From Vicugna vicugna (taxonomy: Eukaryota), in NCBI GenBank assembly GCA_013265495.1, contig MU058463.1, forward strand, positions 620,001 to 684,000: 64,000 bases of DNA. The letters are read 5' to 3'. The position numbers and the translations under genes are program-made. The first letter of the stretch is position 1. Each line of letters opens with the position of its first letter. The notes under the pieces were generated by a model, which had not been told where the DNA came from, ran no database searches, and was given only the letters and a program-made list of their open reading frames with translations. Shown here in pieces: positions 43,253-55,833 of the stretch.

Positions 43253-44999
43253 TATTCATTCCTTTCTGCTTAAAAAAAAATGTGGCATAAATGTTCAGCC
43301 TGGAGGGATAAGTTACAGCTTATCTAAGCTTGTCATGGCAAATGGTGTTCCTTTTGCTAGACACTCAATTTCTTTATTTCTCTTCCAGTTACAAGTGATC
43401 AAATAACCTTATTCTAGTCTAGAAAACAAAACAGGAAGTGTACCATGGTCTTCTATTGAAAATTTTCTTGGCTTAACAAAGAGAAGTCAGTTTATCTGCT
43501 CATTTGGAGCATGGGATTTAATATTTTAGTGATTTTACATAATATTTTGAAATAAAAAACTACACTTTTTTAAACTTTCTAAATGCATTTATAAGTTCTG
43601 GGCTCTTTAAACATGGATCTGTGCTCTATAAGTTAGATGCAAAAAATATAAAATGCTGGACTATTGCAAATTATTTAAAAGGAACTGAGAAGAAAAAGTA
43701 TATAGTAATAGCATTTGGGGGATAACAGAAGGGATACAAATAAAAATAGAAAAATATGTAAATTGAAATGTTTTAGTTAGTATAGAACTTAATTATTCTA
43801 ATCTCTTATGAAACAAATTTATGTAAATCAGGTATAATTTATATGTGAAGCAAAATTTCTAGCTCTAGAAATTCATATGTATTTCTCAAACTGAAAACAA
43901 TTTTCCAAAGTTATATGAACTTTAATCAGATATAGAACATTAGAGTCCATAAGAATATCAATAATGAAGAAAGAAACAATTCTCCCAGTAAGGAAAATAC
44001 TCCTTCTTCTTTTCTGGTGATAAAATTCATGGATGAAAATCTCTAGTTTACATAAATAATGTAAGCATTAGAAGCATATTCACACACACACACTAAATGA
44101 TGTGCTAAGTCTCCTAACTTTATTATACTCTGTCCTTTTTCACTGTGTATCATGTGTTTATCTGCCTCTTAGTTCTCTTTAGCCATGGCACTTTCTCCTC
44201 TTCATTTACTCAAACATCTATACTCAGCTTCTTATGAATTTAATGTTTTCTTAATTGAGCTTTTTGTTTTGTTCAGTTTTCTACCCTTTCATAATTTACT
44301 TCAAAGTCTAAAACTTTGCCTAAAAGTGGTTATATGTTCCATGTCCTTAGCTGAAGAAATAATATTTTGCAAGTCTCAATGTCAAGGGAAAGAGAAAAGA
44401 AAACAAGCTACTTTTTATTCACTCAGCTCCCAACTGCAATTAAACCAGATGATCTGGGAAGAAAGTCCCTATGCATTTATTAATTAATATCTTTCTTTAA
44501 AGTATGTAATGTATAATGTAATTACATATCTATAAATGTCAATATTTCTTTGCTACTTTAGAATTTGTAAAAAGAGTTTCACATTTAATTTTTCTTATAA
44601 TTTATCTTAACAAACAGAAAACTGTGAGTCAGTCCCTTCTCCTCAATGTTCCCTATGTAATTTTATCTTTTTTATTCTCAAAATAAGTATCATTATCTAA
44701 TGCATAGAATCTAACCTATTATATTCATTTACTTTTTGATTTTGTTAAGTATCTCTCTACCCTTACCCCACCAAATGATTTAAGATTTTGAAAGCAAGTG
44801 TTTTGTTTTGCCCAATGCTATGTTGGCAGTAATCTGAATACTTAATGGTACAAAGCTAGAAATCAATAAACAATGGCTGGATACATATAGAATGAAATCA
44901 TTTCAAACTTGATTATACAAATGAAGAAAAAAAATAAGGATATATACATTTCCAAAAGATAAAAAGGTATTCAACAGAGTCATTACTTGAACTTTACTT

Positions 45000-45456
45000 T
45001 AATAAAATAAAGAATTTTGCCCACCATCCAGTTCTACAAGAATCAAGTCAATAGCCAATGCAGTCACTAACCTATAGTACACCTGGGAAGAAATTCAGGC
45101 TGAAGATATGGATGAAGCACTTTGTGCTCTTGGGAAACAGATCCTTAGATATTTAGATATTTCAGGCAAAATTTTTTAGGAATCTGGATTCTTGCATCTC
45201 TCCATACTTAGAACATCACTAAAATCATTAACTGTTACATCTGTTCCTTGTGACTCACAGCATCCTTCTACTGAGATCTGTGCTGGGGTACGTGTACCCC
45301 TTTGCCAAAATCACATGTATACTCACCTCCCCTCTACCTCTTCAGAACAGTTCCTCAGAGCTCTCTGAGAGACTGTCTTCTGGGCTGTAGTCCTCAGGAA
45401 GTCCTCAAATAAAATGACACTCACATCTATGATGTGTGTTTTTATTTCAGTAGACA
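45000..45456 (+). mobile_element. ERV1-type solo LTR, same broad family as 28259-28750
   Basis: Shared motifs as above. AATAAA near the 3' end and a terminal ...GTAGACA. The 5' boundary is approximate. Confidence 0.75.
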
Positions 45457-48400
45457 AAACCATGTTGCCTGCTTCTAAATCATATTTCTTTCAATACATT
45501 GAATTGGCCATCTGTTGATATATTTCCATTTAAATGATTAAAAAATATATTTTTCAAAAAGGTAAAAGAAAGCTATAGTTAATGAAAGCATTTCAAAGAA
45601 AAAGGAAATGATTCTAAGTCGTTTTACTTCTAGAGCAGCTTCCATAGTTACTGAGAACTCAAGAGCCATCTAAAGAAATCATCCTAAATTAAATTACATA
45701 GCATTAGAATATTGAAAAAGAGAAACACTTGAAATTTGTTGAAGTGACAGATGGAACATAATTTCCAGCAGTGGGTTGTCAGTTTCTTATAAGTGCAAAG
45801 TCTTTCTGTTTTGTAAGTGCTAAATTGCTACAGAGAGTCTTGTTATATAAAACTCAACTAAAGAAAGAATTTGAGACAATGAGCTGTAGTTTTAGTAGAG
45901 AACCTAAAGTCAATTGGATGTATTTTAAACATTTTATAAACAATGAAAAGGGAGAATTATGTACCTCGTGCAATTTGCTATGCAAAGTTTAAACAATATG
46001 ACTAAATTATATGTAAAATGAGCATATTTTGAAAGAAAATAACTCTTGCCATTCAAACACTTTTCAGCATGTAACTGCAAAGGGAGTACCCAACTCATAT
46101 TTTGGGGAAAATATTTCTGTACTTTTTCAGTAGTCGATCCTTTACAACTTGCTGTGTTAAAACATTACAGTCTTATTTTACTATTTTGGACAGTGGTGGA
46201 AAAAATTGTAATATTCAACAATCATTAATATTCAACAATAATTTACTTCTTTATTGAATTTCTACATATTATTTTTAATTAAAATATGTTTATAATTATA
46301 ATCATTTTGAGATAAAATCATTTTGAGATATAGTTAAGATATATATAATAAGATATATATATCTAAGTTAATATCATATATTGCCTGTAAGAATATTTGT
46401 TTTATGTTATTGTGAGTTTTCTGGATAAATAGAAATTTATTTAAGTCAGAATTCCAAATCTTGGATAATGGAGAATATCAAAATGTCATGATAAAATTTA
46501 TTTTTAAAGCTAAGTTTTCATGATTCTTTGGAATAATATTATGACATTTTCACATGAATTATGGCTGCATTAAAAGGACCATGTTTTGTTTTTTTAATTG
46601 CCATAATAAGGAATTTTACTATTGTTAGGTTTAGCTGACTGAAAATAATACTAATTTAGTTGTTCACTAATCATTCAATAGATTTGAACCACTTCTTTTT
46701 GTGTTTGTTTCTTCCGTAGTTAGAGGACTTGGGAAGTAAAGAATATTCCAGAAAACAAACTAATAAAATAATGTCCTCCGTCATTGGTGAGCATCAGTCA
46801 CTGACGCTTATTGTGTCTGATGTTCAGTGTGGGGATATGACAGTGAATCGTAGGAGGCAGAGATAATATTTTTGGCATACTGAGGTTATATGCAAAGGAA
46901 AATAAAATATTTCATATATTTTTTTCCAAACCATGCCTGTTTTCCCTTTCAGTTAAAACTTAAAAATAACAACCATATGATTTATCAAAATGAGTTTGCT
47001 TTTCAGTATACCTTCAGGACATAACTACTTTATTCTTCTATGTGACTTTTTTGGGGGAGCATAATAATAATAGCTAACATGTACTTGCTACTGTGTCACA
47101 GGCATCTTTCTAAACTTTTCACATACTTGAAAGCATTTAAACAGCATGACAGCCATATTAAGTGGAAGTGATTTATTTCTCTGATTTTCTCATGGAGATG
47201 GTTTCTACCTTTCTCTAGATCACATTGATAGCATGACAGAGTGAGGTCAATAATTAATTATCAGGAATTTCAAAGCCAAGAGGTTAAAGAACCCCTATAC
47301 CAAAATACCTCAAAAGCATGAAGATGAATATGTCTAAATTCAGTGCCTTTTAGACTAGTTCTTGAATTAATATTTTATATGAATATGAATTATTTAAAAA
47401 TATGCGTTTTTCTCTGAGAACCTTCAAACATTTTCTACTACATTTTTCTACTACATTTCTTTCTACTTTGAAGCCAGCAGTTTTACCATGATATCCTATT
47501 TTGAAACATTATTATTATTTATGGCACTTTTAAAAATTATTTGTTATTTTATTCAGTTATCTTACTTCCCAAACAATGCCAGACTATATTTTCCAGTATC
47601 AATTTAAACATTTCACTTTGAGAATAAAACTAAAGTCCTCCTTGAACAGGTTCCCAGGCTCAAATGATCAGTTTATGTATTAGATTTCAAACTACTTCTC
47701 TCTCTCTATTTCTCAACTTTTATAGGCTCCATGAAAGTATAGTGTTTTGTGCAATTTACTCTAAATATGTGTCTGAGATTTAATTTGTCCTATTTGTTGT
47801 TTTGTCGCATTATAACAAATTCCTCCTCTGTAGCCCATATATTCTGGTATATCTTTTCATTACTATGTTGCATTCCATTATGCAGTTTACTTTTCAACTT
47901 CCAATTACTCTTTTTTTTCCCTCTACCACAAACTGCTGCAGTGTTTTCTTGTAGCATGAATGCTTAGCTTGGTTCACTCATTTGAGTTACGTATTAAGAA
48001 ATGCCATCATATCATGGGGTTTTTATGTGGCTGAGGCTAAATTATATTCATAATGTTGCTGTGATAATTTTTGTTCACATTGGATATTATAGTTATTTTT
48101 AAATATTTTCAAAGTTTTCAGTGTAATGCAGATTGTGATTATTTTAATGAACATTTTTTTCTTTGCTTCTTGATTTTAGTTTTTCCAGTTAAAAGTCATA
48201 GACTTTTTAAAATATATATTTTGGAATCAAGATGCATTTCTACAAAGCACAAATTCATATATTTTGCCCAACTTCCTTTGGGAATGTTTTTCTTTTTGTT
48301 TTGTAGAAATATTTGATGCATTCTTTGTAGAATTTTTATATATGTACTGGACTTATTTTCTCCTAGGTTTTTAGTTATATTGATTCTTTTTGTATAATAT

Positions 48401-48678
48401 ATTTTGATGCAGAGAAGTATTGATTATTTGACTTGTTAATTTCTTAGATGATCGATTTTTTTTTTATGTTTCAATAAGAGCAGGGATAATGTCTGTCTTT
48501 TTTATCACCTAGCACTTCTACTAGATCACAGAACAAACTATGCAAAGGTATTTTCATGAATATAATAATGTTCACATTATCGTATATTTTATAATAACCT
48601 TATTTATATTTTTTAAACTTTTATGTTTTAATTTACTTTGATTTTATTTTGCAAGCAGTGTGAAATAAAATGATTTTC

Positions 48679-49048
48679 AACAAACAAACAAAAAAACCAA
48701 AATGTAAATACAGGACAGAAATAGACTCATAGACATAGAATACAGACTTGTGGTTGCCAGGGGGGCGGAGGGTGGGAAGGAATAGACTGGGATTTCAAAA
48801 TTGTAGAATAGATAGATGAGATTATACTGTATAGCACAGGGAAATATACACAAAATCTTATGGTAGCTCACAGAGAAAAAAATGTGATAATGAGTGTGTA
48901 TATGTCCATGTATGACTGAAAAATTGTGCTGAACACTGGAATTTGACACAACATTGTAAAATGATTATAAATCAATAAAAATTTTATTAATAAAAATAAA
49001 ATAAAATAAAATAAAATAAAATAAAATAAAATAAAATAAAATAAAATA
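48679..49048 (+). mobile_element. 5'-truncated lineage-specific L1 3'UTR with (AAAAT)n tail
   Basis: atagactcatagacatagaatacagacttgtggttgccaggggg...tatactgtatagcacagggaaatat...aatcaataaaa, then (AAAAT)n. Probable TSD aaaatgattttc (48667-48678) / aaaatcattttc (49049-49060). Confidence 0.88.
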
Positions 49049-49155
49049 AAAATCATTTTCCCCAATTGGATAGCCAGTCTTCTCGTACAATATTATGAAT
49101 AAAGGTAATTTCCCTATGGCTTGGTAATACCACTTCCATCACATACAGTTTAATT

Positions 49156-49679
49156 TGTCAAAGGAAAAAATGTACTGTACAAGTTCAGCAGGCAAGGGAG
49201 ACTTTATTCAAGACAATTAAAATAGAGGTCAGACTGTTGCAGTAGAGAAAGGAACTGAGCCCAACATCACTGAAACAAAAGGCAGGAGAGATTTAAGCAC
49301 TGGGGTGAGCTAGTGGAAAAGGACTGGAGGATATTAAGGAAAGATTGGTAAATGTAATTAGGACAAAGTGTTTGCTAATTGGTGCTGATTGAAATCAGGC
49401 TTCTACCCTACCACAGAAACTGGGAGATCTGGCTCTTTCTTGATGACCGCATTTCAAAGGGATAGCTCCCACGTCCTTGAGAAAAGCATTCGTGGGTTAT
49501 GCAATTTTCAAAAGGCTGAGAGAAGATTTACATCTCAAAGGAGCAAAGAAAAAATTTACAGTTGTAAATTTTCTAATGTAACTGCTCTGAGTAAAGGGAG
49601 TTCAGGGGCCTAGGGTCAAGAAGAAACCTGTCTTAAATTGAGTCAAGCTGAAGAGAATGTTACAGCTGTTGTGGTGACA
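49156..49679 (-). mobile_element. Probable ERV solo LTR
   Basis: TGTCA...TGACA termini. TTTATT near the left end is the poly(A) signal on the minus strand. More GC-rich than the flanks; no clear TSD. Confidence 0.65.
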
Positions 49680-52495
49680 TCATAAGTTTAATTTCTTTTT
49701 GTATTCTATTGTCATATTAATAAAAGTATCTATTTTTGAACCATTTCTCATTTAATTGCTATTGCTTGCTAATGCATTACTATCTGGATGTTAAAAACTC
49801 ATTTTTATTGTCTTCTTATTATGAAACTTTTCTTGCTTTTGTTTTTGTTTTGTTTTGTTTTGTTTTGTTTTGTTCTGGGCAATTTTCTCATCAACATGAG
49901 TTTAATTCTAGTTGTCAAGTTCTATGAAAGATTATGTTGAAATACACATAAGTATAAAAGACACTGACACCTATACAAATTGCATTCTTCTCTAATATTT
50001 CTTACCAAAAACCCATATTTTTCTTCAGTGCTATAATACACTCTGCTAAAAAGAAAAAGCAAAACATTTTTCAGTGTCAGATAAATCATGGCCGGTAATT
50101 AGTAAATGAAATTTCACTAAAAGTTTCTAGAATTATGCTGGTTTCTTGTTATAGGTGCTACTGCTTCCTCACAGTTACTTCATTTTTTTTTTTTCTTTCG
50201 GAAAGGCAGGAGGAAAGCTGAAGTTGGAATAAACATCCGCAACCAGTGTTGAACCATCCAGAGATTCACACTACTACATCTATTTCATATGTTGTTCCCA
50301 GCTGTTAACCTAGAAATTATTTCTGAGCTTATCAAAATTAAATTTCCCCAATATGTACCCTAGATTCTAACCCTCTTCATTTGCATAAGGACATCAATCA
50401 AACAACATTTTTATTCCCTGCAACATCATGAATTTACTTTTTACTAAAGACTATAAATAAAGGCATATCTGCCCAGCTACAGCTATAATTATTTGATTCC
50501 TCTTGAGTGAAACTTGCTTTGAAAAATAAAATAATTATGTAATCCCTCTAGTATCAATTCTTTCCCCATATCTGCCTAACTCAACATCAATCTAACTTCA
50601 CCACATTATAATACCAGTGAATCAGTGTTATGAAAACCAATGGACAAATAACAATATTCACTTTTTTCTTGATCTCCCAGGAACATTAGACTCAGGCCCT
50701 CAATTCATTCTTATCACTTCTATTCCATGTCACTTTATTCTCTTAGTTTTCCTTCTAATTCAATAGATATTCCTTTTAAAACACCTGTATTGTTTTCTCC
50801 TCTTCTGCATAAACTTATATTTTTGGACTGTCTCAGGACTGGGTCCTTGACTGTCTTTTCTGTCTGCATTTATTCTCTTGGAGATTAATCTCTGTACCAT
50901 GACTTTAAGTAACATCTATATAATCATGACCTTTCATCTCTAATATAGACATTTCCAGACTTGTATATAGACATCCTTACTTGAGCTTTGCCTAATAAAT
51001 GTGCCAAAATGAACTCCTAACCTACCCTGCCACTACCCAGCATCCTATCCATCTCAGTTGATGGCAAAACTGTTCTTCAAATTGATTATGCAAAAAATTT
51101 GAAGTTACTGAGATTTCTTACTTACATTTACAGCCCAACAACCTGTTTTTAATTGGATTCTGTTTATTGTCACAATATGCTTATACTAAGATTGAGACAA
51201 GAGAAAGACAGAGGAACCTAGGACACTGTTATCTTCATAGAGCAGTTTCACCAATCCATACAGGTTCTGTCTGAAAAGGTGAATGAGTAAAATATACCCT
51301 GAATTTACTATGCTGTTGTGTGTATATATACATGTATATATGTGTATAAGATATATATATGTATGTATGTGTATAAGATATATATATATATATCTTATGC
51401 CATCAAATCCAATCTTAATTGAAACAGAGAATTTTCTGTGCAATATCCAGTGCATTATTTCATAAACTTTTTACATGTCTCATTGTGTCCTTTAGTAATA
51501 GAGTCTTGCTTTTCTCTATTATATTCTACTACAAATCTTATAAAACTACCCCTGGAAACTTTATAAAGCCGTTGTTATGATTGTGAATACATGTATTTTT
51601 CTTCTATAATGTATCTCCTATTTAGAGTTTAAAGTAGCTAGTAGTATACTAGTAGTATACTCATGGTTGCTTTGCTTTGGCTTAACCCTTCAGCCAAATA
51701 TTCAATATTAAGTGAATGATAGCAGTATTACTTTTAACTTTAAATATATTGTTTGTTATGACTCATGATACTTTCCATATTAAGATTTTATCAAATTAAG
51801 ATATCCTTTAATAGTTATTGTACAATTTTTCTATAATTAATCTGGATTATTTTAAATTATTTTTCTGTATTTTAAGAGAATTATAATTTATATGCTTTAA
51901 TCTGTTGATATAATAAATACGTATTTCTTCCATTCTCTTTAAGAATCCATTGTTTCCAATTAGACCTTGAACATAACAAATTCAAAAACTGTGTATGCTT
52001 ATGTTATCTAGGGTTGAAGTTCTGTATGCAACCATATTGTCACATAAGCCTAAAATATAAACATCCTCCTCTGTTCCTACTCATGTAAATTTCTTCCTTT
52101 GCCTTAAGAGTAGAACAGTGCAAGGAAACTTAAAAAATATGATGGAAAGTGGCTTAGAGCTAGAACCTTATCCCATCCCAATTCACTAACTGGGAATACT
52201 ATTGTCCATGAAGAGATCTCCTTACTAAAAACTGCTTAAGAATTTAGAAAATTAACAATAGATTAGGAATTGTGTCTGAGTTCCTTCTTGTTGTGAAATA
52301 TCCATATGATTATAACCACATTTTGGGGGTTGCTGATTCTAGAGTAGTGCTAATGACAAACTAAATTGCGACCTTAGATTCCTTATTTTCCAGACCACAT
52401 TGATGGAGTTAGACTGCACAGGATTCCATTGTCTGCCTCATGTTTCCTATGCCATGCTAGATTTATTCTTCCAACGTTTTTCATGCCAGTTACCA

Positions 52496-52908
52496 TGTAA
52501 AGGAAAAACTGGGCTGATCTAACAAGATAACTCACAAATCTAAGTATTGGAATATTGATCTGAGTTCTGCTAGACTAACTTGTAAATCTAGGTTAATTAG
52601 TGTTGGTTTGCTGTTCATGTTTTTTGCTAGCCAGCTGGGTTTTCAAAGATACATATCTGGCTTTGGAATGTTGGTTTGCTGCCTCCCCACCTCCACTTTT
52701 GTGATGATAATGCTGCTAAAGCTGTTCCATGCCTATTGGCCGAATACCCCAGGCTTGTACTTTACCCTATAAAACCTCATGTGCACGTCTTGGAGGTGCT
52801 CAGAGCTTCGGAGCAGAAGCCCCTCTGAGCCCGTCGCCGTAATACATCTGAGTACTCCAGCCCTCCGAGTGGTGCTTGTTTCTTAACTGGACTGTCGTTT
52901 CCGTAACA
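52496..52908 (+). mobile_element. Solo LTR, class I (ERV1/gamma-like), 413 bp
   Basis: TGTAA...TAACA termini with a perfect 4-bp TSD ACCA (52492-52495, 52909-52912). ATTGG at 52735, TATAAAA at 52768-52774, AATACA at 52841-52846. Several CpGs are retained. Confidence 0.88.
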
Positions 52909-53971
52909 ACCAAACATATCAGTCCATCTTGTCTTATACAAGTCCGAATATAGAAATAATTATGTTTTTGTGTGTATATCACATGACTAAAAGAAACTTA
53001 TTTCTGTTTTCACTACAAGATCCTGGCAGAATTTTAGCAATTTGCTTTTAATAAATTGAAAAATTAAGACCTGCTCTCAATCAATTTAATAAATTAGTCT
53101 CTAATATTCATATTGGACATTATTTGAACAGCTTTACACTTTTCTCCTCTTTGGCTGTAATGAAAATATATATTTGACTTTTAATTCAATGAGAAATTCA
53201 AGCAACTCCTAATATAACCTTGCTAAACTGGTCTCTCATTGATAAATGATACCTTTTAGATACATGATACCTTTTAGAAGGCTAGTGGTTTTAAACATTT
53301 GAAAGGCATGGGATCTCAGATTGTGAATAGGTCACTTAGTAATTTGCAATTCTTCACTCTCAGTATCTTTTTCTTAAACTCACACTTCCTTTATTGATGA
53401 CTACTTTAATACAACAGACCATTTGTCAGGAATTCAAACCATTCTGATAGGAGACAGAATGCTAGGATATCTAAATTCCAATTAAATGCACTGCTGCACT
53501 TTATTCCTTTATTTGAGAAGCTAGAACAAGAACCACAGACTGAAACAGCAGCTTGAAAGATGCTTTGATTGATAGGGCATGGTCCTTTTTCTAATTGTTA
53601 TACATTTAACTGGAATGAAAAGATATTGCAATAGTAATCAATGTTTGCTTGGGAAATGAAATGTACTTAGAAGTGAATGTTATTTAAATGGAATTTTTCA
53701 GGAAAGGCATTTGTATATAACTCAGTTTGCTCCTTTTGTTGCTGGAAACTTCAAATGAATTACCTCAGGGACAACAATACTAAGAATATTCATGCAAGGT
53801 GAGAATAATTGGATGAGACTTAATCAGTGAGTGAGCTTTCTGAAAACTGATATCAAAAAAGAGAAACTTTTGGATAAAGAATGATAATGATAAGTATTTA
53901 ATTTAATGATAATTTATTAAATTGAAGCCTAGTCAATATAAAAATGCAATTAGTTTTGAATATCGATTTCT

Positions 53972-54110
53972 TTTTTTTTAAGTTTTTTAACTTTATTTTT
54001 TGGGGGGAGGAGATAATTAGATTTTTATTTTTAATGGAGGTACTGGGGACTGAACCCAGGACCTTGTACATGGTAGGCACATGCTCTACCACTGAGCTAT
54101 ACCTTCCCCC
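53972..54110 (-). mobile_element. tRNA-derived SINE, camelid Vic-1-like
   Basis: Minus strand reads GGGGGAAGGTATAGCTCAGTGGTAGAGCATGTGCCTACCATGTACAAGGTCCTGGGTTCAGTCCCCAGTACCTCC. This has an A-box (TAGCTCAGTGG) and a B-box-like GGTTCAGTCCC, followed by an AATAAA-containing A-rich tail. Confidence 0.88.
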
Positions 54111-54600
54111 TACTTCTCTTTTATTAGCACATGACATGCCTTTATCTTCTTCACTCTACAAAGGAAGTTCACTAAATATAACTGGTAGAACCAGTGATTT
54201 CAACAGTACAAAAAATTATGTACAAAGTAAAAGACATACTGTTTTTAGCCTGAGAAATAACTGTACAGAAGACACAGATGGGAAATTCAGACTTAGCTAT
54301 GCTGCTCAGGAGAATGCTCCTTCTTTAAGAACCCTTTCCATCAACATGACTGTGCAACACAACTGGCTGTCAGAGTCAAGGCAAAGGCGAGTGTGGAAGC
54401 AAGCTAAGGCCTGGGGACCACAGTCCAGGCTCTCCTATCTGCTTGGGTGGGGCAGATGGCAGCAGGTAGGTGCACAGGAAGGATGGGGAGGCAACAGCAG
54501 GGAGAAGAGGGGAAGGTAGGACAATGTGCTTTCTTCATCTCTCACCCACACCTGTCCCCACCAGGGCCAAGGTCAGGGTTTTGATCACAGTTCTACAAAC

Positions 54601-54769
54601 CAGTGGTTCTTAGAGTGTGGTCTCCTGACTAGGAGCAGCAGCATATCTGGGAAATTTGTTCGCCCCGGACCCACTGACCAAGAAACCCTAGGAGTGGAGT
54701 CCAGCAACTGGTGCTTTATGAGGAAACTTGCAGGTGACTCTGAGGCACAACAAAGTCTGAGAACCACTG
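54601..54769. mobile_element. MER5A-like hAT-Charlie MITE inside the retrocopy's 3' extension
   Basis: Terminal inverted repeats CAGTGGTTCT...AGAACCACTG and the internal motif AGCAGCAGCAT.TCTGGGAA.TTGTT. Confidence 0.85.
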
Positions 54770-55023
54770 ACTCAGGTGTCTTCTGCTTGAAGACTCACCA
54801 GTGAGCATGAAGCCAATTACACCATACATTTATAGGACAGCTCCTGTCTCCTGCAAGTCAAATTACTCCCAGGCAAATCATTAAGAATTACAACTATCCC
54901 CCTCTCTTATCATTCAGTCCCAGCAATGGCTGGGACACAACCCTTAGCGAGCCCCTCTGAGGTCACCCAACCCATCTCAGCCCCAGCAGAACCAGAGTTA
55001 CAGAAGCTTTTTCATCAAAGGTC

Positions 55024-55833
55024 CTACTTTTTGTCTGTGGGTGTGATGCTGCCATTCACAGCTGTGCTGTCTGCTGCCTGGATGGAGGTGGGCCCAGTCT
55101 CCTCTTCACATATTTTCAACTTCTTTGTGATTGCCTGGTAACAGACAGCTGGCTTCTCGGTTTGGCTGAGCAGGAAGTGATGGAAATGAGGGACTGCATC
55201 TTTTACAGCCTCGCTAATTGTTGGGTGCCATTTAAATGCGGCCATGGGTCCAGCCATCATCCCCTTCACGGTACTAGACTTGGGGATGGTAAGATTCTTC
55301 TCATCCTTTGGGAGCCAACCCCACTTCTGGGGACTTTGCTCCTGGGTTCTTTTAAGAGGGGACTTGGAGCCTCTCTCTGAGGAGCCTGAAGACACTTGCT
55401 TCTTTCCTTCTCCCATGTTCTTCTTCACCTTCCGTTCAGACAGACTAAGCTTGTGCTTCTCATCACCTGAGTCTGGCCTACTTCTCTCCTCCCTGGAATT
55501 ACACCAATTCTTGTCATCAGCTGAATTGTGGGATGATGTCTGGTCTTTCCCTTTGGCTCTTCTGAGGAACTCTTCTATGGCATCCACAGCTTACTGGAAT
55601 CTCTTCCCCTTGTTAATCTTTATCATCTTCTCCTTATGCACATGATACAGTTTTAGCTGTTCCACTTTGATCCAGGCATGATCTTCTGTTCCAAAAAACT
55701 TTACAAAGAAGTGTTTCTTTCCATGCAGCTTCTTTAAGTCCTTGGGTGGGTTAACAATCTTTCCCGGCCAAGGAGGATACCGACCGAGTTTCCCCCACAC
55801 CAAATCGCCGAGCTGCAGACTCACAGTCACCAT
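55024..55833 (-). pseudogene. GLYR1: Disabled coding portion of the GLYR1 retrocopy (PWWP domain, degenerate AT-hook, LSD2-binding linker)
   Basis: 810 nt in one frame with no frameshift. Codon 81 is TAA where GLYR1 has Gln (FQ*AVDA vs FQQAVDA). AT-hook RKRGRP reads QKWGWL. The frame ends at TAG 55024-55026. Confidence 0.95.

Noticed and set aside
28259..45456. Two related LTRs as the ends of one 17-kb provirus
   Set aside because: They are clearly diverged from each other, and the interval has old MLT1/MIR repeats and no gag/pol/env remnants.
53972..54110. Possible tRNA gene
   Set aside because: The tRNA-like head is followed by a SINE body and A-rich tail.
53944..54519. 191-aa ORF on the + strand
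   Set aside because: It runs antisense through the SINE and the intron-like extension, with no recognisable protein similarity.
54926..55645. Plus-strand ORFs of 71-133 aa
   Set aside because: Antisense shadows of the GLYR1 coding frame.
55591..55833. 80-aa PWWP-only ORF as a functional microprotein
   Set aside because: It arises from a single nonsense change that cuts before the AVDA helix. No promoter-like sequence lies upstream and CpG-type decay is evident.
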